A stretch of 52,532 bases of DNA from the NCBI GenBank assembly GCA_009602735.1, contig WELA01002099.1, positions 97,904 through 150,435 on the forward strand. The letters are read 5' to 3'. Under the pieces are notes generated by a model, which searched no databases, was not told where the DNA came from, and was given only the letters and a program-made list of their open reading frames with translations. A program made the translations under genes and the position numbers. Origin of the DNA: Mesotaenium endlicherianum (lineage: Eukaryota). Positions 22,369-34,529 of the stretch are shown piece by piece; the first letter of the stretch is position 1; the number at the start of each line of letters is the position of its first letter.

Positions 22369-22584
22369 NTGTCATCCTGCTGACCTTCTCGACAAAGTCA
22401 ACAAACTACACTATGATACAAAAGTCATCCTGCTCACCTTTTTGACGAAGTAAATAAATTCGTAATCTATTGACATACATACATTTAGATGAACTCGCAC
22501 ATTTGAGGATATTCACATAATACTTATTTAGTGATATACTTATATATAAAATTAATTAAATAAATAATAAGCTGATTCATTACA

Positions 22585-25500
22585 TCGCGACTGCCCTATT
22601 ACGCAAAACGTCAAACCCCGGCGATTGCACGTACTGCAACAGGGCCGGTCACCTGCAGGTCGTGTGCCTGCAGAAGCAACGCGGCACAGAGTCTGGACGC
22701 GCCCATGACGATCCAGTGCTCTCTTCGGGCCAGCGAGGGATGCGAAACCTTCGCACTAGCGGACGCCTTGCGATCAAGGGAGCCACGGCTACGACAAACG
22801 CCGCGCTGACTCCCGAGGAGGACATCTTTAGCTATGACCTCTTCATTGAGGCGCTAGCTGCAATTGAGGCGGAAAACGCGTGACTCCGCACCCTCTTTGC
22901 CGCCGACAGCTATGACGCTTGCGGGGCGCTGTTCGCACACGCACCCCCGGCCGACGCTATGGAGCTGACATTTGGCGATGGCACGCCCAACGCTGACACT
23001 TGGCAGATCCAGATGCTGCCAGCTGTTGCAGCCACCGCGCTGCAGCCGAGCTCGTGTCTGCATAACAACGCAACGCTTGCCGCCGAGGCTGCGCGCGTGG
23101 ACACGCCCGCTCCTGCAGGAGCAGCGCTTCTTGTGCTGACACCTGTCAGCGGCAACAGGAGAGGCCCCAGTGAGCGGACAGGTGGCAGCTCACAGGGCTG
23201 CGCAATTCTAGCGGCCAACACATCGCACAATCCTGATGAGGGGCCTGCGCACACGCGACCACTCGCACAGCAGCAGGCGTTAGGCGCAGCCTGTGAACTT
23301 CTAGCGTGCGCTGTACCACCATTGCCGGCAGGGCTGCGCACTGCATGTGCAGCGACATGTGGCGCTCTAGCACAGACACGTCAGGCTTCCACGCTGGCCG
23401 CAAGTGCGACAGCAACGCACACGCGAACTGCTCGCGCCCTGGCCGCTCTACGCCCAAACAGACGGCGACGGAGCTGCAAGCTGCTACTGGCAGCGGCCAG
23501 ACGCACGTACGCGTTACCACTTGGCAGGCTGGAGCAACTCGCCACGACAACGCACAGTTGCGGCGCAGCCGAGTGCAGATGCCCTTCCGACCCGGCGCTG
23601 CAGACCTTGCTGTCCCACGTGGGCAATAGCGAGGCAGCCGGAGGAGCAATAACAGTTGTGCGCAGCAGCTTCGCACACGCTTCGCCACATGGCGCGCCGA
23701 TACACGCCGCCACACGCAGTGCAGCCCGGCAACAGCGGCCAAGACCCCCACAGCGGCAACAATCTCTTGGACTGCGTTGCACAGTTCAAACGCTCCTCGA
23801 AGCTCCGATGCTGCGTCCAAGCTCGCACACAACCAGGGCTTAAATTCTGGCTTTGTGCAAAACCTTGGTACATCTGACGTGTGCGCCAACGCATCTGCGG
23901 CAAGCGCACGCGTTGGGGCAAGCGCGCTTTGCACTTTGTCCGAGACAGGAGGCACCCGCGGGATTGACGGACCGGCGACCCGAGACAATCGCGCCAGCAA
24001 CGTCTTGGTGGTGCCACTTGGAGGCTTGGCAAGAGCCCCTAACGCCGCACACGGCAGCGTTGTCAGCACACGCACAGACAACGCTGGCGAGGGCGTGACA
24101 CCGCGAGCGCCATGGCCCAAGGAGCACGACGCCCCCGCATACCCGACGTGCATCGCTCTGACACCTGTCAGTAGCAAGAGAGCAAGCAAGGGCGCAACAC
24201 TTGCGCGCACGCCCAACAATGACACCTGGCAGATCCAGACGTTGCCAGCTGTCGCAGCCACCACGTTGCAGTTGACTACGCGTCCGCACGACAACGCCGC
24301 ACTAACGACGCGGGTTGCACACGCCAACAACAACGCGTCTGCAGACCCAGCGCGCCCAGCACTGACACTTGTCAGCAGCAACAGGGCGGGCCTCGACTAG
24401 CCGACAGGGCAGGCCCCCGGCTTGTGCAGCCCTGGCAGCCCACGCTACACACGGCCCTGCTGTCTGGTTGGCACAGCCGACACTTGTACGTCCGCACAAC
24501 GACGGAGCGCCCACGGCGGAGGCCGCAGGCGCCGACATTTACGCCCCTGCAGGCCCGGCTCATCCCGCGCTGACACCTGTCAGCTGCGACACGGCGAGTC
24601 TTGACTGGCTGACAAGTGGCAGGCCCTAGGCCTGCGTAGTCTAGACAGCCAAAATTGCAATCGGGTCTACCTACGGGTCCACGCAGCAGCCAACGCAGCC
24701 CGCGCAGGCGCCAACACACGCGCCCCTTGCGTGCGCTGTCCTTCTGGCGCCAGCAAGGCTGCATTTCGCTTGTGCAGCGACAGGTGGCGTCCGGGCACGA
24801 GTCCGCCAAATGACCACTCCGGCTGCAGCTTCAACAGTCGTGCCAGTTACGCCCGCGCGGACGTGCGCAGTGTTGCGCACGAGCACGAAGCAACGGGACA
24901 GCCGCCCGCTGTTGGCTGCTGCTAGCAGCAGGTCCCAACAGCCGCCGCCACGTGTCGCGCACACGCTGGCCAAAGCGCCAACCTTCGACAGCGACATGGT
25001 GAGACGCACACGCCCATCTGAGCCGACGCCACAAATTGCGTTGCGTACGTTTGGCAGCAGCGTAGCCAGCACAGCTCCGACAGCAGCTGCAAATTGCAGC
25101 TGCGCACACGCGCCGCTACATGGCACGCGCACGCAGCCCGACACAGCGAGGTGCATCCAGGCAACCGCGACTGGCATCCCCGCACGGGGGGGGGCACCTT
25201 GGACTTTGTTGCGCAGCCAAATCGTCGTCCGCAGCCTCGACGACGCACGCAGAACGGCGCACAGCCAGGGCTTAAATCCTGGCAGCACACAAAACCCTAG
25301 AGCAAGCTCAAGTTGCGCTCCCGGGGTCACGACAAACAGACGCTCCGAAGGGGGGGCACCACGAGGTTCAGCTGGGACAGCAGCGGTGCGCGCCCTCGAT
25401 GGACCGGCGTCACGGCCAATATATGCGTCGGGGGCAACCTGGAGGTGCCACTTGGCGGCACAACAGCAGCGCAGAACGCTGCGCACAACAGCGCAGTGCA

Positions 25501-27849
25501 AATCTGCGTAGGTGCTAGCAAAGGCGCATCTGCACGACTAGCGCGGCCCAAGAAGCGCAACGACGGCCCCGCAATCGCGGCCTGCGCAAGCCGGCATCGT
25601 TGGGATAGCGTAGCGCCACTTGGCAGCAGCGCAGTGCCATCTGGCGCACGCACAGCAGACGTAGCGTCCGACTGCGCAACCGACACAGGTCTGGCAGCAG
25701 CTACGCCAAGCAGCTACGTGCTCACGTCAACCCGTGTCATGCGCACACGTCCCGGCACAGCCAAATGCGGCCCGGCGGTCGTGCCTAGCATTCCCACGCA
25801 AGGGGGGGCATCCTCGACTGCGCTGTGCGGCCCGATCGCCGGCTGGAACTCCGACAACGCGCTCACGGCTGCGCACCACCAAGGCATAAACCCTGGCTGC
25901 GCACAAAGCCCTAGCGCACACGCAATTTGCGCTGCTGGGGTCACGACGAGCGCACGCATCAGGGTGAGGGCGCCACAAGCTTTGCCCGAGCCAGCCGCAC
26001 TCCGCGTCACTGGCGTCACGACCCGTCCGCCTCAGGAGCTACCTCGGGGCGCCACTTGGCAGCCCCGCAGTCGCCCCGAACGCTACGCACAGTCGTGCAA
26101 GACGTGCTTGCGTTCGCGCGGCCGATATCGTATCTGCGCGACCAGCGCAGAAGGGAGGTACGGCGACGGCGCCACAGCTGCGTTAGCGCCAGCACATTGT
26201 GGCGCATCCGGCTCCGTTGTCGCCACGCGTCGGGCTCCGCACGCTAAGCACAAGTCCAGCTAGGCACAGGCCCGGACCAGGTTGGGCGCAGGTTCGTCCA
26301 CGGACCGGCACAAATTTGGCCCAGACTTACTCTACAACTTGGCGTCGGCATTCCCGCCGCGGCCTGCAACTACTCTTGCTTGCTGCGCCAACACGCTACC
26401 ACTTGGCAACAGCTCAGCAACTGTCAGCGCATCTCGCAAGCGCACGCTTGTAGCCGCGGCAGGCCGGCCAGCGATTGCGCACAAGCGCGAGGGACCAGAC
26501 TAGGGACGCCGCACCGAGGACGCACCGCGCCTTCTTTGCTCCTTCCGCGTGCTAGAGATGCCAACAGCGCCGGTTGCGTCGGCGCCTCACGCGCTCGCCT
26601 CACCGATGACGACGGTGCAGCTCAGCGTTGAGGTCATCTCGCTGGCGCTCCACCGCATGCCAGCGGTCTCCTTTGTTGACCTCGGAGTGACGCTGGAGGC
26701 AGCCAGGCAAGCAGCCCAGCTGCTGCTACAGCCATACGGCGCCGATCTACGCATTGCTTTCGGCAGGCCAGCGTCTGACGCTGCCGCCGCAACGCTCCCC
26801 GCGCCCGCACGCCCTCCGCACGAGCGCAGAATGATCATCAGTCCCAACGTTGCGTTTTTGGATTATGCGCAGGGTATTGTCCTTGTCAACACGCGGGCAC
26901 CGCAACGCATCATGTTCAACACAGGTGCGCGGCCGATCCTCATCAACCTTAGCTACTTTTGTTAGCTGGGTCTCTCGACCGCGGACCTGGAAGAGTCGCA
27001 GACGCAGATCAACACCGCGGCGGGCACTTCAGAGTCCGTCACTGAGCGCAGGCAATTAGCGCTCCTCCTCGCTTTCCGCCCAAAGACTGCACATGAGACG
27101 ACCATCGGCATGCACTCGTCATCCGCTCCGAGACCTTTGACGTACCATTGGGACAGGACGTTCTCTTCCCCATCGGTGCCGCCATTGATAGCTGGACAGA
27201 GCTCATTCACTATTGGCCAGAGTGGCGCACGGGAGGTAGTTGCACTGCCTCTTTGCCGCTCGACATCGTGGACCGGCGTCCCGCTGCCACTACACTCTAT
27301 GGCTCCATGGCATCTTAAGACGACATGACCACCAATGAAGACCTACTGCAGCCCCAGGATGAAGAGCCAGAGTTGTCCAGAGCAGAGCTGCATCTTACGC
27401 CAATTGCTCGAGCCCCTATTCTGCCTCCGATAGGAGGTCCAAGGCGGCTTGCAGCAGCAAGGCAGATGGTGCCAGCCGCAATGCAGGAGACGCCAGCAGC
27501 AGGGCAAGAGATGACCCCACCTGTCACTACTTGGAAGTTGGGGGGGACACTCATGATGGAAGGTGCAGATAGACATCTTCACAAGGACCACACGAAGAAT
27601 TGTGGCACAGGCAACCTTCCAAAACCTTGACTTGCAGGTTCGTCCTTGCGACGCGCGACCGCCTAAGACTTGGACGTTCCACATTTGCCACTGTCCTGGT
27701 CACAAGGCCCAGACTCGGCTATCCGACAGCTGCAATTTCGGCTTCTACAATGGCTGCCTCAACCCATCATTAGCCCGAGTACCAGCTGAAGACTGGTATT
27801 GCAGTGGCTGCGCTGCGCAAGCACTAGGCAGCGCTTACAGCTCATCAGC
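22585..27849 (+). pseudogene. G3 internal remainder: second zinc knuckle, repeated modules, protease, large pol deletion, PHD remnant
   Basis: 'CTYCNRAGHLQVVCLQK' (~22625), 'QRIMFNTGA' (~26905), 'WKLGGTL' fused directly to 'MEGADRHLHKDHTKNCG' (~27550), 'CLNPSLARVPAEDWYCSGC' (~27755-27810). Confidence 0.85.
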
Positions 27850-27917
27850 ACAGCCTGCTTGCCTACTTTTGTGTTTTTTATGCCGATTGGACGCACCCGA
27901 CCCCATAATGCACGACA
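27850..27917 (+). repeat. Repeat B1 of G3 (5' part and PPT deleted)
   Basis: 'acagcctgcttgcctacttttgtgtt...ccccataatgcacgaca' nearly matches the 3' half of 28928-29060. Confidence 0.85.
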
Positions 27918-27919
27918 GC

Positions 27920-28925
27920 TGTCATGACTCATTAGGCCGGGGCCGTCCACCAAACCGAGCTACACATGTGTGAACCGTCAACCTAGGAAGGCCAACTTTG
28001 ACTTGACTTTACGCATCCATATGATGACCTTTTCTAGATTTGCGAATTGCTAAAGTGTAGCGCGTTGGTTCACCATCCGAATGGCACGGGTTTTGTGTCA
28101 TTTGGTCAAGTATCCAGCGAGATATTGGCAATCTTGTTCGTGCCACCTACCGGCCCCTAGCGGAATTCCACCAAGGGCCAACTTGTGATTTCAATGTGCC
28201 CAAAGGTCACATTGTTGGCTATTCGTGATACCAAGGACCCCTAGCTTTGTGCGCACAAACTCACAAGTTCCCTAGCACACGTATATTTTGCATTTTAATA
28301 GTAAATTTGCATCATTAAAGCTATAACTTGGTGACTGCAACACCTATCCCTAGAGGAAGCTTCCTCAAGCTTCAGGTCTACTTTCGAGGCTTTATCTAGG
28401 TAGCATTGGTCTAGGTAAGCTCCACCAATGACAAGCATTTAGCACATATTTGCATCTAGCTTTTGATTGGATTAAGTAGTATCTAGCCTATTAGAGCGCT
28501 AGCATAATAGGTACGTGTGTGTGTGTACAAAGATAGATCTTAGATGAAGACTACATGCATTGATTTCGCGCCCAACCCGCCGGGTTCGCAGGAGTATGAG
28601 CATTAGAGATGTCTCTAATGAGACATCCTCTTAGAATTTCCATTATGCCAGTTGTAAGTAATAGAGGTATCAGTAAAGCTTACACTTTTATCTCTTGTGT
28701 TGTTATGACCACTTAGTCTCTCTCTTGTGAAGAGCAAGCCCTCTTGACTTCCAGTCACTTGAAGAACTTAACAAGTGGTGAGCAAAGTCACAGCTTAAGC
28801 CCTTGCCATAGGACTACTCTGAAGATCATGATGTGCTTCCAGTGATCTTTTGGGCCATACTTCATTAGTTGTTTTCCTACCAGTTTACAGTCTTAAGGTG
28901 CTCACTCTGGAGAGTACACACTCCC
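27920..28925 (+). repeat. Repeat A2 of G3
   Basis: Direct repeat of 7453-8459, separated from B1 only by 'GC'. Confidence 0.9.
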
Positions 28926-28927
28926 AT

Positions 28928-29060
28928 AATTAAAACATCTGACAATTGACCCTTTTTTTGGCCTTAAAGCCACCTGCATTTCCGTTTCCATTGCAGTACA
29001 GCCTGCTTGCCTACTTTTGTGTTGCTTATGCCAATTGGACGCACCCCATAATGCACAACA
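28928..29060 (+). repeat. Repeat B2 of G3 (full length)
   Basis: Begins 'aattaaaacatctgac', the sequence that follows the PPT in G1 and G2; followed by TSD AGCT. Confidence 0.88.
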
Positions 29061-30204
29061 AGCTGCAAAGAGTTTAAGCCAACATCCATCTTAACACTTC
29101 TTCAATCATAATGAATGCGGACGAGTCGGCGCATCAAGGCATTGTGACACAAACAACGCTTGCACTTCTTGCACTTCTTGAACCTGCATGCACCAGCTTG
29201 GACTATACAAAATATTATACAGGCCTCCACGAAGTATATTTGAGGTGATTTGTACCCTAATACCTCTTACCAATGACCACTTCCAAGGATCGGCAAGAAT
29301 TGACCAAGGCTGCATGAGCTGAAGGTGCCTGGTCGTGCGTTCCGCATCGATCACCATTTTTGGTTGAATCCTTGCAAGCTACATGCAAAAGCTATGATTG
29401 CAATTCCATCGCTCCTCGGTAAAAGCCATGCTGGGTGTCACACGTAATGTTGTACTTATTGAATCCTCTTACAGGCGGGGCAAGCTTGTACAGCTTGGCG
29501 AGTTTTGCTTCGTCAATTATGTCTGGCAGAGAGCTTCAGCTAAAGATCAAGACTTGTGGCGGGGGTTGTATTGCTTGCAATACAATTCATGCGCGGGCAT
29601 CAAGTGCTATCTCAGTCAAAGAGCCTGGAAGGTGTACATATTCACGCCCACTAGCGGGTGAGAAAGCATCTTCTAATCATTCTAGTAGACCCCAAGACAA
29701 TTCCAGATCATGCAGTGCAAAGTTGCAGAGTCTTCGTCATTGTGTATGGCGTCTTTATTTGATATGAAAGCTTCTGCATCTAGTTGGCAACATTTCTTGT
29801 GTTGGGATCAACAGCAATCAGCAGTGTCCACCTTGCATGCATCTAATGTCATGTAATTGTTCTTCTTGTGCAGCCCCACCAGAAGCAAGGCAACAGAGTT
29901 AGCCGAGCACAATGAGTTTTCCTTTGACACGACCATCGAGATATCCCAGAGGTTAGAGCTGGGCCTCATGACAGGTGGCAGGTCCTTGAGAGCCAAGAGC
30001 CGTCCCCATGGGCTGCCAGCAGGAAGCAGCCGGCCGGCAAACAGTCCCCAAACGTTGTCCCCTAAGTCCTCAGCCAATGTCAGGGACCTCTCTCAGGCCA
30101 CGAACAAATGGGAGGACTTCAAGCTGCAGAGCAAGTAGGCGGGGCTGCTGAAGAGGGAGGGCAATCTTTCAAACAGAACCAAGGGAGGGCCTCCCAGCCA
30201 GACA

Positions 30205-30432
30205 ATGTCCTCCGGCCTCAAGTGCGTGCATCCATGGGACTTCAACCCTTTTGCGTCAATGTCGGGCTCCTCCTCTGACCCCCTGGGCGAGTATTGGAGC
30301 CGTGACAAGCGCTGAGATGGAGAGCGGCGTGCTGACACTTGGCGTCATCATAGAGAACAAGGGCGACATCTCGGCCCCCCTCAACACGTCCCTCAAGATC
30401 ACCTTCCTCACGGAGACCAGCTTTTGCTTCAG
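30205..30432 (+). pseudogene. Exon of a GH31 (alpha-glucosidase / alpha-1,4-glucan lyase-like) gene, with an apparent frameshift
   Basis: 'HPWDFNPFAS' then, after a +1 shift at ~30280, 'WASIGAV...LKITFLTETSFCFR'. Donor AG|GTACGT at 30432/30433 is phase-compatible with the exon at 41895. The 5' boundary is uncertain (possible acceptor at 29873; in-frame TAG at 30136). Confidence 0.55.
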
Positions 30433-31003
30433 GTACGTCCGTCCATTTGGTGCTATTGTATGGTTAAGCTATACATTAGTGTACACCAATATGATGCTAT
30501 CAAGTGATAACGTAATTGTGCTGTATACATTAGTGCACACCAGTATGATCTTTGCAAGCTGTTTGTAGTCTCACTGAGTCTGCGCCGCCAGTTTGAACGC
30601 CCTACTTCTTTTTTAGGTGTCAGACTTGAGGGGACTCCTTCGACCGGGAGGCTTGCATGAGACAATAGCACAGGCTGCAAGCATAAATCTGCACAAAGAT
30701 GGCCCCGGCAAGACCAGTCGCCGTGTGCGAGCTTTGGCAGCTAGGCCTTGCTCTTTACGAGACTCGCATCTGGTTGAGCCTCGTACACTCGCACTCCTCT
30801 TAACTCTCACATGCGCAAAAGTGCATCAGCGCACGTTCACACATGACATCCGTGTCGTGCATTATGGGGTTGGGCGCTTTTGATCTACATAAGCAACACA
30901 CAAGTAGGCAAACAGGGTTTGCTACAATGGAAAATAGAAATGCATGTGGCCTTAAGGCCAAAAGAAGGTCAACTCACAAATGTTTTAAATCTCCCTCGAG
31001 CTC

Positions 31004-33990
31004 TCAGCCTCCAATTGATGAGCTAAGAATGCTATCGCTAGCTAACTTGGAGCAGTCACTACAAAACCAATTTCCAGTTGGGACACGCTCGGGTGGGGGG
31101 TCAAGGCAGCCAATGTGGAAGCCGAGGTTGCAGCTGTAGCGGAGCAGCATCTTCGCCTCCTGGCCAAGGCTGTGGCAAATTTGGCACGCCCAGTCTTTGG
31201 GCGGCCGCGCGTTGCGGGGACAAATCTGCACATCAAGGTAAGGAAGATGGCATAAACTACAGTTCTTTGTGTGGTCCTTGTGAAGACGGCCATTGGCGCC
31301 TTCCAGCTCCTGTACTCCTGACGCCAAGGCACGTTTGACGCGTAGGATGACCGGCGAGCTGCTGGTGTCGAGGGTGTTCTTCGTCTGGCGTCGCAGGTAC
31401 ACGAAGTCACCTGCGGAAAACTGCAACACCCGCGAACGGTAGGCTCCTCCACAAGTCATGGCATACCTTAGAGTGTCGTGGTGCTAGGTGATACCAAGGT
31501 TGTCCATGGCCATGGGCATCAGGCATTGAAGAAGATGTGCACGTTGCCCGATAAGAGCAACCGATGTCTCAGGACTGTCCAATTCCAAGAAGCTCTCAAT
31601 CACTGTCCTTGTTGCGGCTGGCAGGATTGGCTAACGTCCATAAAGGAGAAAGTAAGGCAAGAGCAAGGCCAAGGAGGCCTGCCGACTGAACCTGTATCCC
31701 ATAGCTAGCCACAAGAGCGCGTTGTCCCAATGGGTACTGTCGTGGGTCAAGCAATACCTGCACAGCCCCAGCTTGACGGTCTGCACCATGCGCTCTGCAA
31801 GGCCGTCAGCGTGGGCGTGATTGCGGGAGGTGGTGCGGTGGTCGATCATGGAGCGCTCCAGCAGCTTCTGAAAGCTGCCTTGGAACTCCTTGTCCTGGTC
31901 GGCCAGCACCTCAGCGCAGCCGCCAAAGCAACTAAGGACCTAAACAAGGAACGCTTGAGCGATCCTTTCACTGGTCTTGCTAGGCAAGGGCACGAGCTCG
32001 ATCCACTTGGACAAGTGCTCAATCATCACCAAGATGTATAGATTGCCTCGGCGGGACTTGGGCAACTCCCCAGCCAAGTCCAAGGACCACCTGTAGAACA
32101 GCCCTTGAATGGGAAGGGGTCTGAGGGCAACGGTGCGCGCTGTGAAGCTCGAGCGCACACGGTCGCAAAGGGTGCAGTTGCTGACGACGTCGGCTATAAC
32201 CTTAGCCATGCCTTGCCACCCGTACTCAGCCTGCAGGAGGTTGAGAGTGCGCTTGACACCGAAGTGTCCAAGAGCCTCATGTATTGTGCGCACCAGCTCA
32301 TTGCGCATAGCGGGCTCAGGTACCACTAAGACGGAGCCGTCGGCCATCACTCGCCTCAGCCGCCCCTCCATGAAGACAAAGTCCCAACTACGCTTGAGGA
32401 CGCGGTTGCGCTCCCTCGCATCCATGTTTGGCGCCAACTCCTTAGCGGCGACTTACTGCAGCAACGCAGCATTGTCCCACACGTTCTTGGGCCCGCGCTG
32501 CCAACTGTCCTGGTCTGTTGCTGCGGCCAACGCTAGACGCCGCGTGTTGACCACCACCATGTCGCGATCAGTAAGCCCCGCAGGCCGTGCATCGCTGTCC
32601 ACTATGAAGGCCAAGAAGGCTGCTGCATGCCAGGCCATTGGCTCATCCTCATCGTGGCGGGCCACGGTCAAATCTCTAGAGGAAGGCAACAGGTTGCGGC
32701 TAAGACCGTCGGCATCCATGTTGGTCAAGCTCAGGTGGTGGTGCACGTCAAACGTGCATTCTTGTAGAATGAGTGCCCACCGTGCGTACTTGCCTGTGAG
32801 GCGTTCCAATGTCATGAGCCACTTAGGCGGCTGATGGTCGGTGACGAGACGGAAGTGGGTGCCGTAGAGGTAGTGCCTGAAGTGTACGGTAGCCCAGACC
32901 GCTGCCAGGCACTCTCCCTCATAAGAGCCATAGTTGGCCTTGGCGCGATTGTTGCTGCAATTGGCGTACGCCACCACGTGCTTGAACCGTCGTGCTCTTG
33001 AACTAGCACTGCTCCCAGCCCTCCCTGCGACCAGTTGGTGTGGAGGATAAAGGGCTTTGTGTGGTTGGGCCGCCGCAACACTGGAGCACTCACCAGCAGC
33101 TTCTTGAGCTTGTCAAACGCCGCTTGCTGCTTTGTCTCCCATACATAGGCCACCCCCTTCTGCAGCACGTCGTTGAGTGGCTTAGCGAGCTCGCCGAAGC
33201 CAGGCACAAAGTGGCGGTAGTAGTTGGCAATCCCCAGAGACGCCCTTAGCTGTGAGATGTCGATAGGCGGTGGGACGCCTGTGATGGCCAAGATCTTGGC
33301 CAGCTGCGGGGCCAAGCCAATGGAGGAGAGGAGATGCCCGAGGTACTCCACCTCTTGGGTCCTAAAGGTGCATCTGCCTGGATGGTACTTGAGCCCAACA
33401 GCCTCCAAGCAATTCAGGACGGCGGTGATGTGTGCCACGTCTCAATGAAGACGAGCACGTCATTGATGTAGCAACGGGCAAAGGATAGCCCCGTCATCTC
33501 CTTATTTATGACTCGCTGGAAGGTGGCTGGAGCATTCTTTAGCCCAGAGGGCATCACCCTCCACTTGTAGAGGCAACGTGCCCTCCAGAACGCCGTCTTG
33601 TGCTGGTCCTTCTTTGCAATGGGCATCTAGGTAAAGCCCTGCCCCAAGTCCAGCATCAAGAACCAAGTGCACGTGCCAATGTCATCGAAGATCTCATCAG
33701 GGGTAGGCATAGGATATCTGTCCTACTCAATGACCTTGTTCACCTTATGATGATCATCGCACATCTTCTTTTCAGACCACTTGCCCGAGGCATCCTTCTT
33801 TGCCGGCATGGCCGTGGGGGCCGCGTAGGTAGAGGAGGACTCCTAAATAAGCTGGTTGTCCTCCAGTTTGCCTATTTGCATGCTGATTAGGGCGTCCTTG
33901 AAGTGACTATAGCGGTAGTGCTTCTGGAAGATGGGCACGTCAGACTGGAGGCGGAGCCTCATGGGGTCGCCAGTGTAGCGCCCTAAGTCG
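31004..33990 (-). pseudogene. G2 RT, RNase H, integrase and PHD (fragmented)
   Basis: 'MPSGLKNAPATFQR...YINDVLVF', 'ILHTNWSQGGLGAVL', 'HEALGHFG...CTLC', 'WSLDLAG', 'DQDKEF', 'CQICH...GFHIGCLDPP...WFCSDC', spread over several broken ORFs. Confidence 0.9.
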
Positions 33991-34529
33991 TGCATGCCGC
34001 TGGCAAAGCTGGTGCTGCGGCGTGCGTCCAGCATCTCCGTTGGTTGTGCTGCCTGCTCCATGGTGAGAGGCCCCCCCAGCTTCCAATTGGGGGCTGTTGG
34101 GACTGGTGCCTGCTCTGCACCTGTCGCCTCCTGTGCAGCTGCAGACTCCTGTCCCTCTGCTGGCGTCACCTGACTATTGGTAGACAACGTCTGCACTGCT
34201 GCTGGTACCTGCCTTGTGACTGCCAGCTAACTTGTGAGGGCTGCCGGAGGACGCCTAAGCAAAAAAAGACAAGGGAACGATGAAGCTCCCTGGGCCGCTG
34301 TGTCGCCTTCCTCCTCCTGCCCCCCCCCAGCAGGCCAGAGTCGGAGCTGGGTGCGGGTGGCGCCTGATACGGCCGCCGGACTGGCGCTTGTTGTCAGGGC
34401 CTTTTTGGTGGGACCGCCAGCAAGTGCCCAATGGAGGATGTGTGCCATCGTTGTTAGAGGAGCTGTTGTCTAGCTTGTTGAGGCGGCGGGGAAAGCTCGG
34501 GATGACGGGCTTCGGGGAGAGGGGCGTCA

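Larger units (their letters stand above)
9504..22584. mobile_element. Second family L solo LTR (9504-9861 plus 21897-22584), inserted in G3 gag and split by G1
   Basis: Both halves match 5128-6440 and join at 'ggagt|taaccacactggtagg'. Ends GATTCATTACA; left terminus eroded. TSD CCGCG (9499-9503) / TCGCG (22585-22589). Confidence 0.85.
7453..29060 (+). mobile_element. G3: Gypsy-type element with split direct repeats (A1-ORFs-B1-gc-A2-B2); internally deleted and carrying nested insertions
   Basis: Starts TGTCATGACTC (7453), ends ATAATGCACAACA (29060). Exact 4-bp TSD AGCT at 7449-7452 and 29061-29064. Gag, zinc knuckles, protease and PHD remnants match G1/G2; DNMT, RT, RNase H and integrase core are missing. 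Confidence 0.88.

Noticed and set aside
5128..22584. Treating the two family L LTRs as the ends of one full-length element
   Set aside because: Each has its own TSD pair, and the DNA between them is tandem array plus G3.
7453..28925. Calling A1 and A2 an ordinary LTR pair
   Set aside because: Neither ends in CA, there is no TSD at 28926 and no PPT directly before A2; the TSD matches only at 29061.
29065..29800. Possible decayed coding sequence (LINE or transposase) continuous with 7100-7452
   Set aside because: No diagnostic motif in any frame; needs a translated search.
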